A stretch of 64,000 nucleotides of DNA from NCBI GenBank assembly GCA_951406725.2, contig OX597815.1:166656001-166720000 (forward strand), written 5' to 3'. Below, piece by piece: positions 11,795-25,720 of the stretch. This DNA is from Octopus vulgaris. Lineage: Eukaryota. A program made the translations under genes and the position numbers. Position 1 is the first letter of the stretch. Each line of letters begins with the position of its first letter. Below the pieces are notes generated by a model. That model was given only the letters and a program-made list of their open reading frames with translations, did not search any database and had not been told where the DNA came from.

Positions 11795-12160
11795 ATTCTT
11801 TTACTGGTTTCAGTCATTTGACTGCGGCCATGCTGGAGCACCGCCTTTAGTTGAGCAAATCAACCCCAGGACTTATTCTTTGTAAGCCTAGTACTGTCTC
11901 TTTTGCCGAACCGCCAAGTTACGGGGATATAATCACATCAGTATCGGTTGTCAAGTGATGTTGGGGGGTGGACACAAACACCCACCCACACACACACATA
12001 TATACATATACATATATACGACGGGCTTCTTTCAGTTTCCATCTACCAAATCCACTCAAAGGGCTTTGGTCGGCCCGAGGCTAAAGTAGAAGACACTTGC
12101 CCAAGGTGCCACGCAGTGGGACTGAACCCAGAACCATGTGGTTGGTATGCAAGCTACATT
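11795..12160 (-). mobile_element. SINE family C (CORE-like CCTTGGGCAAGTGTCTT, internal TA/TG tract, stem-loop tail)
   Basis: Reverse complement of the copy at 17112-17495. Confidence 0.88.
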
Positions 12161-12185
12161 TCTTTTAACTATTTTACCACACCAA

Positions 12186-12392
12186 GCTAGCAGAATCGTT
12201 AGCACACCAGACAAAATTTTTACTGGCATTTCATCCGTCTTTACTTCCTGAGTTCAAACTCCGCCAGGGTCGATTTTGCTTTTTCATCTTTTCAGGGTCG
12301 ATAAAACAAGAACTAGTTGAATACTGGGCTCGATGTAATCGACTTACCTCCTCTCCTAAAATTGCTGGCTTTGTGCCAAAATTTGAAACCAT
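12186..12392 (+). mobile_element. SINE family M
   Basis: GCTAGCAGAATCGTTAGCAC..GAGTTCAAACTCCGCC..AAAATTTGAAACCATT. Confidence 0.85.
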
Positions 12393-12949
12393 TAATTTAT
12401 CGCAGTCTTAATCTCTCTATTTTAATCTTACCCAAACGGTGACATCCCCTCGTGGTCGTTCAGTCCCTATACTAGAAAGAGAAGGGATCACGTGGATCTC
12501 GAATAATTATTATTGTTTTTCAAAATAATTGTAACCTACATCATCAAAATCATAGGAGGAAGCAAACTCGAGATGCGGTGAAATATTCGCCCCTACCACC
12601 TGAAAAATATTTGTAGAGAATATGAGGAAAGAAAGTCTTGGCGTGCGAATTATCCGAAATTTCTCAACACCATCTGAAAGGTATTTGTATAAAATTTTAT
12701 CAAAAAATATCGATTTCCCAGAAGGTTATTAGGAAACAAATTTGGGATGGAGGCTCATTTCTGTAGTTCTTCCCAAATTTTATTTACTGAGCGAGTGAGA
12801 ACAGTTACAGGATACAAAGGAAAATTCAACGAAACATATTAGTAATACTATATATGTTTAGTACTATGTTTAGTAATACTAAACAAACTGGGAATCAAAT
12901 GTGTAAATATCATTTTGCGATTAGTAGAAAACCGCTGCAAATATTTATT

Positions 12950-13267
12950 ATTTATTTTATTTATGCAAGCCTAGCCAGGCTCATGGGCCCGGTTTCCCGG
13001 TTTCTGTGGCGTATGTGTTCCCCCTCCCCCAGCTAGATGGGACGCCAGTCCATCGCAGCGTTACTCAAGAAACATGAAGAGAGAGTGAGAGAAAGTTGGG
13101 GCGAAAGAGTACAACAGAGGTCGCCACCACCCCCTACCGGAGTCTCGTGGAGCGTTTAGATGTTTTCGCTCAATAAACACACACACACAAAGCTCGGTCT
13201 GGGAATCGAAACCGCGATCTTCCGACCGCGAGTCCGCTGCCCTAACCACTGGGCCATTGCGCCTACA
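12950..13267 (-). mobile_element. tRNA(Arg)-like SINE (head H2, body B2, tail T2)
   Basis: Head GGCGCAATGGCCCAGTGGTTAGGGCAGCGGACTCGCGGTC..GGTTTCGATTCCC; tail CTGCGATGGACTGGCGTCCC..GAAACCGGGAAACCGGGCCCATGAGCCTGGCTAGG. Confidence 0.88.
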
Positions 13268-13348
13268 CGCTAGTATTCATAATACTTATTGGGTAAAATA
13301 CTTATTGGTTTTGTAGTAAATCTCTATAAATGTTTCCTTCGTTATTTA

Positions 13349-13733
13349 TCTCTCTATATATAAACGGCAGTTTGTCTGTGCGTGTTTCTGTGTGTCTGTT
13401 TTCTCGTACCCTCACCCTGACCACGGCTTTCAACCGATTCTGATGAAACTTGACACACGCATAGCCCAATGTCATAATTCAAAACTAACGCAGCGAAAAT
13501 TTTGAAAAGTTCCCCCAGTTCTGAAAAAATCAATAAATTCGACATGGGGTCGAGAATAAAAAAAAACAAACCACAGACTGTCTAGGGGACGCAACTCAAC
13601 CTTTTTTTACTCTCAAAAAAAAATTTACCATCATTTTTTTCCATTTTTTTGCTATTTTTTGGCTATAACTCTCTAAAGATGCTTTATAGTTATTTCCCTT
13701 ACAAACCTGAGCAACGCCGGGCGATACTGCTAG
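13349..13733 (+). mobile_element. Non-autonomous Helitron
   Basis: Starts A|TC (TCTCTCTATATATAAAC), has (TCTG/TG) microsatellite and AACCGATT..ATGAAACTT motif, 3' hairpin CCTGAGCAACGCCGGG, ends CTAG|T; no TSD. Confidence 0.85.
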
Positions 13734-14319
13734 TTTTGAATAAAATACAGGTTACCTAGTTGTGCCTGCATGAGGCGGAAGCTTTGATGGGAATGTTCTC
13801 GACTATGATGGAAGAGGACCATTAGTAATGTATATATATATATATATGAATGAATGTAAATGTGTGTGTGTATATTACCATGGTTTGTACCCTGTGCATC
13901 TTACGTAGTGTGATATACACGTGTGCAAGTGTATATATCTCTCATTCCGCTCTTTCTCTCTCTCTCTTTCTCTCTGTATATATATGTCTATTCTGTTATT
14001 CAACTTTCGTTACACGATGCCAAGGAATTACTAACATGGGAATAGCCGGAGGAGTAAGTTCTGGTGAGAAAAAAAAAATTTTAGTTACACGACAGGGTGA
14101 CGAAGTTTCGGTGCCATCTGTCTGTCAGTATTTGCCTTATCTTTACTTGACGGCAAGAGCTGCCCTAAAAAACATACTGCAGAGAGAATCTTGTCACAAA
14201 ATCCAATGTTTACACCCTATTACTGCCAAATAGCCCATATTTCGTCCACTGCACCGGCTTCTAGCTTTTATATTCGTCTCTTGCATATTTTCTCATTTGA
14301 TTTTGTGAAATTCGTGCAT

Positions 14320-14357
<38 letters not shown>

Positions 14358-14949
14358 TATGTGTGTGTGTGTGTTGATAGCGAAATGCTTGACAACGAGT
14401 TCGAAGTTTGTAAAAATTTATAAATACGGTTCTCTGATAAAAAGTACTGAGTGATCCTTCAGTTTAGCGTTTAACTTTTTTTTTTATATATAATTTTACA
14501 TAAAAAGAAATCGTTGAACGACATATATGTGTATATGTTTATATATTACACATATTTTTACACACATATATCTAATTATACACACACACATACACTCATA
14601 TGTATGTACATAATAGTTGAATCACAGTCAATTAAAAAAGGCTATTGCTGTGAAGCTTAAATGGATATGATTATAATTCGTTATTCTCTTCGTACAAAGG
14701 AAAATAAAGAAGAATGCCCTGGCATGTTTCACTGTTCATTGACAGTTCATCTTTCTGTACATGAAGAGAATTCATAGGAAAAAATTATAAGAAATGCAAG
14801 CCAAAAACTTAAGGGTAATAGCAAAACTAATTTACCGACTGAACGACCATTAGCGACACGATTAAAATGTTTAACTCTATCTTAAGTACAAACACACGAT
14901 GTATTACGCATGCGCACATAGTACAATTAAACGAAACAAATAACGAAAG

Positions 14950-15130
14950 TGAACTTCCTAGGTATTATAGTCTGTATATCATTCACATGACCAATACCCA
15001 TAAACTGAAGTTCTCTGTTTTTCTTTCGTGAATGTGCTGTAGAAGCCTTCAACTTCTGGAAGTCACCCAGCACCACTGTTAAGAGGAATTTACCAACTAT
15101 CGCAACGAGACAGTATCTAGGCAGTTTTTC
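14950..15130 (-). pseudogene. Possible RTE RT remnant
   Basis: CLVAIVGKFLLTVVLGDFQKL resembles the RTE motif ISLLSIVGKVFARVxLxRLQKL. Confidence 0.35.
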
Positions 15131-15189
15131 ACTAGCAGAAAATAGCAACCAAATACACCTTAAATAATTAAAGATATACTGGATAATGT

Positions 15190-15252
15190 ACATTATTTAC
15201 ATTATTTACAATTGACGGATATTTGTCCTCATCTTGTTTGTTGTTAACACAA
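15190..15252. repeat. Fragment of the same pLTR family as 6040-6186
   Basis: TACATTATTTACATTATTTACAATTGACGGATATTTGTCCTCATCTTGTTTGTTGTTAACAC. Confidence 0.7.
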
Positions 15253-15911
15253 TGTGGTTCGTAAGCAAGCTACTTACCACACAGCCTCTCCTACGCCTTG
15301 ATTTCTTCTTAAAAAGATTTCCAGAAACATTTCAGAAATCTTTGGTTCCTGTACTATAGTGAACCCTCTGCAAGATCCTCCCACTCTACTCCATTTATCT
15401 TACTGCGGTGTTCATACAACAACCCTAAAAAAAGAGAGGTCACGACAGTGTTTCTAGAATCATTTTTAAAGCGTTAATTTCAGATCTATCGCCAAACACT
15501 GTAATTTCTCCTTATCTATAGAGGTTCTGCTCACTACTGAAGCATGCTACATTAAGTCCCATGTAGGCTACATTAAGTCCTATGTAGGGTACTTTCTTTG
15601 ATCCTATCCGCTTTCTCTTTAACGTTCTCTCTATCAAAGTCTCAAATATGGTAGAAACTCATTCAGTTTTTCTTTCTCTGCAGTAACCACTTGTACGGTT
15701 TCCGTTCTCTCAGATTTACTGGTGTATTACACTTATGCATCACGTTCCATTTCTTTCGATCGTCGTAGCTTTACTGAAAGTGATGAAGTTGCAAGTACCA
15801 CGTCTAGTACAATAATCTATCACTTAACAATGCAGTCTATTGGCTACTTCGATCTTTGGGTTTAATTAGCTCTTCCAGCAAAGCATATTTTTATCCGTAC
15901 TTAGAGTCAAT

Positions 15912-16607
15912 AAGATAAAGACACATACATATAAGTACATACAAGCATATGTACTTACACACACTCACATACACGCGCACACACACATACAAACATACAC
16001 ACACCAGGTCATACAAAGACTACTATCAGCAGCATATACGGAAGTACTCTCTGCCACTCATACCTTATCTATTCTAGTGTGCCTTAAGATTCTGTTCATT
16101 AAAAAAACAAAACAACTACTTACAGTTATTCATTGGTAAGTGTTATTACTACTATTCGTTAACCTTACGTTTATTAACACCACTTACACTCAAACTGGAC
16201 ATCTCACGCTAGACCTTGTAATGACTTCATAAGGAGATATCTTGAAAATATCTAACAGGAACATGCAGCTGAATCGCTTTTAACAATACAAAGATACATT
16301 TGCTACACACATCTCTTGTTCAGGTGAAATAGCTAAAAAGAGAGGGACGAGGGTCAGTAAGATGACCTGGCATGGCAGTTCTACTTCAAGTCAGATTTGC
16401 TATATGCTTTAAACTTGATATCACTCAAGAAGCTAAAATGCCAACATAATTTTATCTTATCAACGAGTTTGTTCTGGGATATTATCATTATACCTTATTC
16501 TTCTTTGACCTTGTGTGTGTATGTTTGTATGTGTGTGTGTGCGCGTGTATGTGAGTGTGTGTAAGTACATATGCTTGTATGTACTTATATGTATGTGTCT
16601 TTATCTT
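15912..16607. repeat. ~100-bp inverted repeat pair (15912-16011 / 16506-16607), nested within a 54-bp direct repeat (15860-15913 / 16725-16778)
   Basis: AAGATAAAGACACATACATATAAGTACATACAAGCATATGTAC.. reverse-complements ..GTACATATGCTTGTATGTACTTATATGTATGTGTCTTTATCTT; GTTTAATTAGCTCTTCCA..CCGTACTTAGAGTCAATAA occurs twice. Confidence 0.9.
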
Positions 16608-16948
16608 TTACCTTTTACTTATTTCAGTTACTTGACCGCGGCCATGGTGGGGCACCGCTTTCAATTTTTAGTCGAATGAATCGACCCCAGTACTTTTGAG
16701 AGTGACAACAGTGGTTTTGTTTGAGTTTAATTAGCTCTTCCAACGAAGCATATTTTTATCCGTACTTAGAGTCAATAAATGAATATAATAAGTGGATATA
16801 TAGAGCTAGGCTGAAAAACATTACTTATTTAATGCTATACATGTTTGAACATTAGACATCTGCAATAGTGTCAAGCACTTACAGTCTTCTGTCAGTTGAG
16901 TTAATGCATCTTGTGCCGATACAACGCCTACCACTATATTCCATAAAT

Positions 16949-17604
16949 CAGAGGTCTCCAACCACCGGGCCGCTGACCAGAACTGGGCCGTTGATCATTT
17001 GGTACCAGGCTGCACAAGAAAAACTAATTTTAAGATTTTGGTTCTATTTCAATGATTATCACAATCCGCAGGAAAATTTCCCAGTGTGTGTGTGTGTGTG
17101 TATTATATATGTAAGGAGTGGCTGTTTTGTAAGTAGCTTGCTTACCAACCACAGTCCCACTGCGTGGCACCTCGGGCAAGTGTCTTCTGCTATAGCCTCG
17201 GTCCGACCAAAGCCTTGTGAGTGGATTTGGTAGACGGAAACTGAAAGAAGCCCGTCGTATATATGTATATGTATATATATGTGTGTGTGTTTGTGTGTCT
17301 GTGTTTGTACCCCCAACATCGCTTGACAACTGATGCTGGTGTGTGATTACGTCTCCGTCAGTTAGCGGTTCGGCAAAAGAGACCGATAGAATAAGTACTA
17401 GGCTTACAGAGAATAAATTCTGGGGTTAATTTCCTCTACTAAAGGCGGTGCTCCAGCATGGCCGCAGTCAAATGACTGAAACAAGTAAAAGAGTATTATG
17501 CACTTTATTATTTTTTTTTTTATTATGCACCTGATTCCTCGGTCCGTGGAAAAGTTGTCTTTCATGAAACAGGTCCGTGGTGCAAAAAAAGATTGGGGGC
17601 ACTG
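16949..17604. mobile_element. hAT-Charlie-type MITE (MER1-like termini) interrupted by a SINE
   Basis: CAGAGGTCTCCAACCACCGGGCCGCTGACC... and ...GGTCCGTGGAAAAGTTGTCTTTCATGAAACAGGTCCGTGGTGCAAAAAAAGATTGGGGGCACTG; CAG..CTG termini. Confidence 0.8.
17112..17495 (+). mobile_element. SINE family C
   Basis: AGGAGTGGCTG..GTAAGTAGCTTGCTTACCAACCAC..CCTCGGGCAAGTGTCTT..AAAGGCGGTGCTCCAGCATGGCCGCAGTCAAATGACTGAAACAAGTAAAAGAG. Confidence 0.9.
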
Positions 17605-18459
17605 TTGCTATAAAGGGTTAGTAGTTGGCGAGCGGTAACGAAGTTGTCGGCAAAAGTCAACTTAGACTAAAAACAGAAGCGTAGTGGGACTGTAGGTCGG
17701 GCATCATGACTGCAAGGCAAGCTTCGAGACTATTTGGTTATTCCTGCATCCCTCAAATTCCACCACCATTCTTACAACCTCACACACAACAAAAAAAACA
17801 ACACTGACAACAATAACAATAATATTTTTTTAATGTAAATATGTTTCTTTTAAAAAAAAAGAAAACGAGAAGAATGGGAGAATGCAAACAGTTTGTTTGT
17901 GTATATTTGTTGCTATATATTGACAACTCTCCTGATATTTACTTTGTTGACGAAGTATACATTCTTTTGAAAGATTGTTCAACTTCTACATGTATTACTG
18001 GGAATGTAAGGAGAGAGGGAAGAGGAAAGAGGCCTTGTTCGTCGAGTAAATTTTATAAAGCTTTTGTGAATGGCTGGAATGACGAGGTTAACTGTATTGT
18101 CTATCCAGTTATACTTCGTTAGTAGGGGCTAAAGTTGACATAGATTATGATATCAGGACGTTCTGATTCTCCATAGGTAGTATCACATAGAGATATTATT
18201 CATGGTTTATTATTTTCACAATTTCATATCTTAGGATTACGAATTACATGAAGCTGAGTTCGCTTTTGGTAGCATCTAACTCGCCATGGTTCACAGTTCT
18301 TCCTTCAGTGATGTTTTCATTAGCCTCTCCCATTCACGGCAGTGTTTCTGTCTTAATTTCTTTAGTGTTGCCGATTGGGATATTGAAATTGTTATCAGCG
18401 CCCTGTAACTGTCTGAGATATGGTATGGTATTATTCGCAATATTTCAAATAATCAAAGC

Positions 18460-18610
18460 AGTGAGATGGCAGAGTCGTTAGCAGGCCGGGCAAAATGCTT
18501 TGAGGCATTTCGTTCGTCTTTACGTTCTGGGTTCAAATGCCGCCGGGGTTGACTTTACCTTTCACCCTTTCGAGGATCAATAAAATGAATACAAGTTGAG
18601 TACTGGAGCC
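18460..18610 (+). mobile_element. SINE family M
   Basis: TGGCAGAGTCGTTAGCAGGCCGGGCAAAATGCTT..GGGTTCAAATGCCGCC. Confidence 0.8.
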
Positions 18611-18864
18611 CATTTACAATAAATTTGGCTCTACTTTTAGTACCAAGTCACCACATCAGTAAATGTTCACCTTGTTATTCCTGAACTTGCTTTAAAATAA
18701 TAAGCTCAATTTAATATTTATAAACCCATGTATGTGCGATGTGTGATGATTCAGCTGACTGTATTCTTCCCTTACGATGAAGTTATATCTATCTGTCAGT
18801 CTCTGTCTCTTTGCTTCTCTCTCTCAGGCACACACACACACACATGCTCACGCATTCTCTCCCG

Positions 18865-18895
<31 letters not shown>

Positions 18896-18939
18896 AAGAT
18901 GTATGTATACACACATATACATATAGATAGATATATAAA

Positions 18940-19057
<118 letters not shown>

Positions 19058-21119
19058 CTGACACACACGCCCATATATTTATATATATGTATGTGTGGAT
19101 GTATGCTTTAAGTTCTTGAGAGGTTTCAAGCCGATCGCTAACACAGCGGCAAGATTTTTTTTTTTAGCTAAGAGAGTTCTCGGTGTTTGTAAATATGTGG
19201 TTGTGTTAGTATGTTAGTTGAGCTGTCGATGCACACATGCAAATGTGTGCATCCATTCACCTAAAGAATCTCAGATGCAGAGTCTTTGGAATGTCTTACA
19301 AGACTTCACTGTGCCACTGATAGACTGGATTTCAGGAATCCGCATCGATTTCTTTTGCTCTTTCGTCGAAAAACCTAGTATTTTTAATTTTCTTTTTTTT
19401 GTGTAAATTTATTGGTACATAGCCTACTGCTCGTATGGGAATAGTCACAAATGAGAACTTATAGTCAGACGTACAAGATTTGTAAGTTCCACATAAATTC
19501 ACCAAAAATGGTCTCCTTTCCCCGAACTTTTGATCGTACGTACACATCCATTAGGTAGTTGACCTCTACCACAGTGCATGACTTTTGTTCCCTGTCCCAC
19601 AGAACAACCAAGTCTGTTATGTTTGCACCGAATTACTGTTTTTACTTGTGAGTTCCACCAATATTCTTTATTTTTAACATGCTTTTGGCGTTTACGTCCA
19701 GGGAGGGAGAGGTGATGGTGGATGAAATGTTTAATGTTTTTCTCCGTTACTTCGCCCGTCTGTAACAATTTCACATGATTAGTTGAAAGGAAAAGTGAAG
19801 AGCGAAAGAAAAAGGAAAGAGAAAAGAGGGTAAAGCGAAGAGTGAAAGGGAAACAGGGAAAGTGCTGTGTAGTAAGTCTACAAAATTGTGCATAAAGTAT
19901 ATAAAGTATATATATAAAAGTGTATTAAGTAATCATAGTATTCCAATTTCCTTCACTTTTCAATGATTAGCAGATGAGCAATTATCTTTTGATACAGACT
20001 CAACACAGGCTACGCTTTCAGGTTTTGGGATAAAATTCTCAGAAATAACCCAAATAAGTTTATCATTAATTCCGTAAAATATTTAACTTACCATTGAAAA
20101 AAAACAAAACCGTTACAACAAAAAGAAAGACAAACTCAATAGCGATCGTATCACAAAAATCCGAACGTTATCCTCGCTAACCATCTTTAATTTATTATTT
20201 TTTCATATTAACCAGTTGAGACTTTCACGCATTGTCAATGGTGGGGAGGTTAAGTCGCTTTCCGCATTAACGGTAATAAAAATTTGAGCCGATATATCTT
20301 CCCGCGTTCACTGGGTTACTTCACTTACATGTTAATTCAGTTAATCAAACAACTGAATCCTCCTCGTCAAATGACGGAGATCCACCACCATTACTACTAC
20401 TACTACTACTACTACTACTACCAAAACCACCACCACCACTACCATCACCACCACCGCTACCACCAAAACTACCACCACTACCGCCATCCGCCACCACTAT
20501 TCAGTGTGTGTGAGACAGATACACTTTCGCAGTGTTTCTATTTCACAGCTCCTATATTGTTTGCAAACACTCTAAACTGCATTCAAACACTTAATATTTA
20601 TTTTACCGTATAATTTTCAAACTCAACATATCATAGTGTACATATTCTGCCTTTGATATCGATCTTTCTTCCCGCTGGTCTATTGGTCGGCAGGTAAGTA
20701 GGTCGGCCCTTTCCAATGGCTTCATCTTAGCTTATTTTGTCATTACCTCACTGATTGTACCACTTCTACACCTTAAGCCTATCTCGTTATTTCGTTGAGA
20801 AGACAACGCCCAATGTCTGTTCAGACAGTACATAATATGTATTAAAGTAAGTAGGATATAGTAAAAATATTAAAGAAAGAAAGCGTCTACCGGAAGCGGC
20901 ATTATTCTTATGGCCCGAAAGGTGACGTTTATTTGCTCGCCTAGCGTCGTATTATGATAGACTGTTTAAATAGTGCCCCGATATGTAGACCTGCGGTGGC
21001 TGGGAATTTGTAGCTATAATTGTGTGTATAAGTACGTATTTATCTATTCATGTATATTATGAATATGTATATGTGTGTGTGTGTGTGCTTTTCTGAAGGT
21101 TCAATCATAGATACATTAG

Positions 21120-21512
<393 letters not shown>

Positions 21513-22249
21513 TTTATTCCAGCTCTGTATGCGTGTTCACTTCCCTTTTGCTAATCCATCTTTTCTTCTCCAGCATGGTGGCGTGGAGAGAAATATACAG
21601 ATAAGGGAGAGAATAAGAGACAGAGATAGCGACAGACAGAGAGAAAGAGAAAGAATAAGAGAGTGTGTGAAAGATGGGACATATTTATTTATTTATTTAT
21701 TTCAGTGGCCCCTATTGAATAAGCCACTGGTGTGCAAGTCCTGAACATCCGTTTCATTCACAATACTTTTTACCTTAGCTTTCCTTTACAAACATTTTTC
21801 TTCTTTTTTTTATTTTCCGGCTGTTACTGAAACAAAGGCTTTCCGCAACCTTCTTTTCATCTCTTTTAAATTAGGAAACTCAAATATTCCTTCCCACCCC
21901 TCGTCCCTTCGTATTTTTTTTTCTTTCTATTATTATTGTTCTCGTAGTTGTCGTCGTCCTCTTTGCAACGTTATTCCATTTCTTTATTTATGATTTTGTT
22001 GTTGTTGTTGTTGTTGTTTCTTTCAATCGCTTTCTCGTTTTACTTTTTCCTGTCTCGTTAAATAGTTATTTGCTTAAGCTAGATATGCATCTATTCATCG
22101 CCATTCCTCTTTATCTATACCTACCTACCTACAAAGCTACCTGCTTTCCTTCCTACCGTTCTACCCATTGTCATACCTACCAACCTAACAACCTATCTGT
22201 ATATATTACTTTTCTACCACCGTTCATCCCTTCTCTGCCTATCGTTTAC

Positions 22250-22260
22250 CGATCTATCTA

Positions 22261-22344
<84 letters not shown>

Positions 22345-22380
22345 GTGTGTATGTATATGTGTATATAGATATCTATATAA

Positions 22381-22420
<40 letters not shown>

Positions 22421-22536
22421 CACATGTATGTATATATGTATATATATGTGTGTGTGCGTGTGTGTGTATGTATGCATATATATATACATGTATGTATATA
22501 TGTATATATATATGTGTGTGTATGTGTGTGTATGCA

Positions 22537-22588
<52 letters not shown>

Positions 22589-22755
22589 GTATTATACAGG
22601 TAAATAGGGAGATAGATTGGTGTATATGCTCAAGACTATATTTATACATAGCAGACCGATAGATACACCAACACACACACACGCGCGCGCACAGACACAC
22701 GCACACACACACACACACACACACACGCATATATAGGTATACATACATACATACA

Positions 22756-22841
<86 letters not shown>

Positions 22842-22890
22842 CACATATATATATATTTGTATGTGTGTGTGTGTGTGTGCTTATATATAA
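22250..22890. repeat. Compound (CTAT)n/(TA)n/(TG)n/(CATA)n microsatellite
   Basis: Direct inspection. Confidence 0.95.
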
Positions 22891-23176
22891 ACATACGTAT
22901 ATAGGTCGGTCTGTTTGCTTCCTTTGTCTATCTAATCATCCATCCATCCATCATCTATCTATCTATATATCAACATAACTACCCAACTACTAGTAACCAT
23001 CCCCCCACTTATTTATCAAAATAAAAAAAAAACAAAACAAAACGAAATACGGATGGGATATCCGTTTCCGGACATAGTATTCAATGATGTCATAAAACCT
23101 CCGGTAAGATAACTTGATGTGTGAGACAATATATATATATATATATATTGATATATATATATATATATATATATAG

Positions 23177-23655
<479 letters not shown>

Positions 23656-25419
23656 GTGTGTAAATGGGTGAGATAAAACGATAAAATGAGAGCTTTTCTT
23701 TCCGAATGTGTACCTTCGAACTCAGTTCAACAAAGACTTTGAAAGTGAAACAGTTTAAACCAGTGGTTATGTACATTTAAATTTCAATTGTGATATACAA
23801 TAGCCATAATGTTAACCCTGTAGGTCGAATAAGATATTCAACTAGTTTTATATACCTTGGTAAATGTCTCGTGACGAGCTTAATGTGCCATGATCTCTTG
23901 TGCACCAGCTACCACATAAGGTCGATAACCAGAAACAGGAATCCGGATGAATTCAATGGCATGCATAAAGGTGATGATTATTGGATTGTGATTTAAAGTT
24001 GAGGACTGGGCCAGCCTTTTCAACCTCAACTATCTGCGGTTTGAGATGACCCGCGGTGCATTAGGTGAACCTTGGTGTATGAAATATACCGTGGAGTGTA
24101 ACGACGCCATGAATCTAGTTGTGGTTAGTGAAGTGATCTGATGAATTACAATATCGGATCACAGATCTAGAACCTCTCTAAAAGTTGTTTTATATATCAA
24201 GAATATGTCCATGAAAACGTTCTAATGGGCAGCATCACTTTTCGTCTCAATAAAAGTTTTTGCGGATATTGCATGCTAAGCCATAAATAGATGACATTGT
24301 TGCTTTATATCAGGTCAGTCCTCGCTGAACAAGCTTGTAATCAATACCAGTCTAACTGTGACTATCCTGTCTTTTTGCATATAATGAAGAATATTATCCA
24401 TTATGTTCTTTAAGGTATTTTTCGGGAAAAGATTCGAGTACCGTTTCTTGCATTTCAAGTGAGAGCATTCTGGAGACCACTTGTAGCTTGTGGGACATTA
24501 GGTTTCCTTAGTTGAGGGGCAATTCAAAGTTTTTCAAACTTCAGGCTCTTCTTCTTGGTAAAGGACTCCATTCACTCCTGTTCAGTACAAGGTGACAGTT
24601 CAAGGAGTTAAGGTTGTCGTTTTTGATATCATGAAAACTCCCTTTATCCTTTTTTTTTTTTGGTATTAGGAACGCTTACCGAGAACTAATTCATCATAAA
24701 ATAATTGATACAAACATAGTTAGGTAGACACCAAAACTTTTCCAGAATTATCCTCAATGCATTTCTATCTCATGTATCAAAAGCTGGTATACCAACTTAA
24801 TAACCTTCACTTCAGAGCAAAACGAACATAACTATACACCCGTTTCCTATAAATAATTCTATAACTTATTTTCCTTTTGATTATTTTAATCTATTATGTT
24901 CACCTCTTTCAGGTTTCATTTCTTTCTCTTTCTTACTCTTGTTAGCTTCTACCACCATAATCACTGCCTGATCATCTATTATCTATATAGTATTCTGTCC
25001 TATTGTTTTCAATATACATTTTCACGTCTCTTCACTCAGAGCATACAAACTTGTTCCTTTTAATGAAACTTCACTGATTTTTGCCGACAAATACATTTGG
25101 TTTCCGTCTTGTGTTTCGTATTCCACTTCTAACAGCAAATTCAGACATGCGCCGAAGGAGTTTCTGTGTAGTCGTTTGACCAACTTGAAAAGGCAATAAA
25201 ATTCCCTCCAAAACACGCTACTGGCTTGAAAGAGGAGACTTGTGTATGATGTACACGTACGCAGCCTCATTTATAAGTACGTTTGTATTCATATATGTAT
25301 TTATCAATTTATACTCATATTCATGTTAGAAAGCTGATACATCCATTTCTTTATTCTATTTCACTTTGCACTTTATAAAGTATTTATAAATTGTCTTTTG
25401 CTATTTTTGTTTAGAGATT

Positions 25420-25502
25420 GGCCTGAGGAGAAGCCGGTGGTATACACCTCACTTGGATTTTACCACTTCTGAGGTTCCACTCGCCATGAAACATATGTAG
25501 CC
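25420..25502 (+). ncRNA. Degenerate type I hammerhead ribozyme motif
   Basis: GGC-CTGAGGA-(irregular stem II)-GAAAC-ATAT-GTA-GCC; stem I GGC/GCC, palindromic stem III ACATATGT. Confidence 0.5.
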
Positions 25503-25636
25503 CGGATTTCCTATACTCCGCTCCGTAACTTTTGTATATATATATATATATATATAAGAATAATGGAAAATGGAGACAATGGAGAAAATGGAGACAAGCA
25601 CTCAAGATCTTACTTAAATCATTTATAACATCATAT

Positions 25637-25720
25637 AACCGACATATGTTTCGATAGATGCATTGAAATAAATCCGAGAGGAAGAATAATGTAGAAAAAA
25701 TGCATCAATCTCACCAGGAA
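25637..25720 (-). ncRNA. Degenerate hammerhead ribozyme in the PLE 3' repeat
   Basis: CTGGTGA-GATTGATGCA...TGCATCTATC-GAAAC-ATAT-GTC; A6>G change in the core, weak stem I. Confidence 0.55.
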
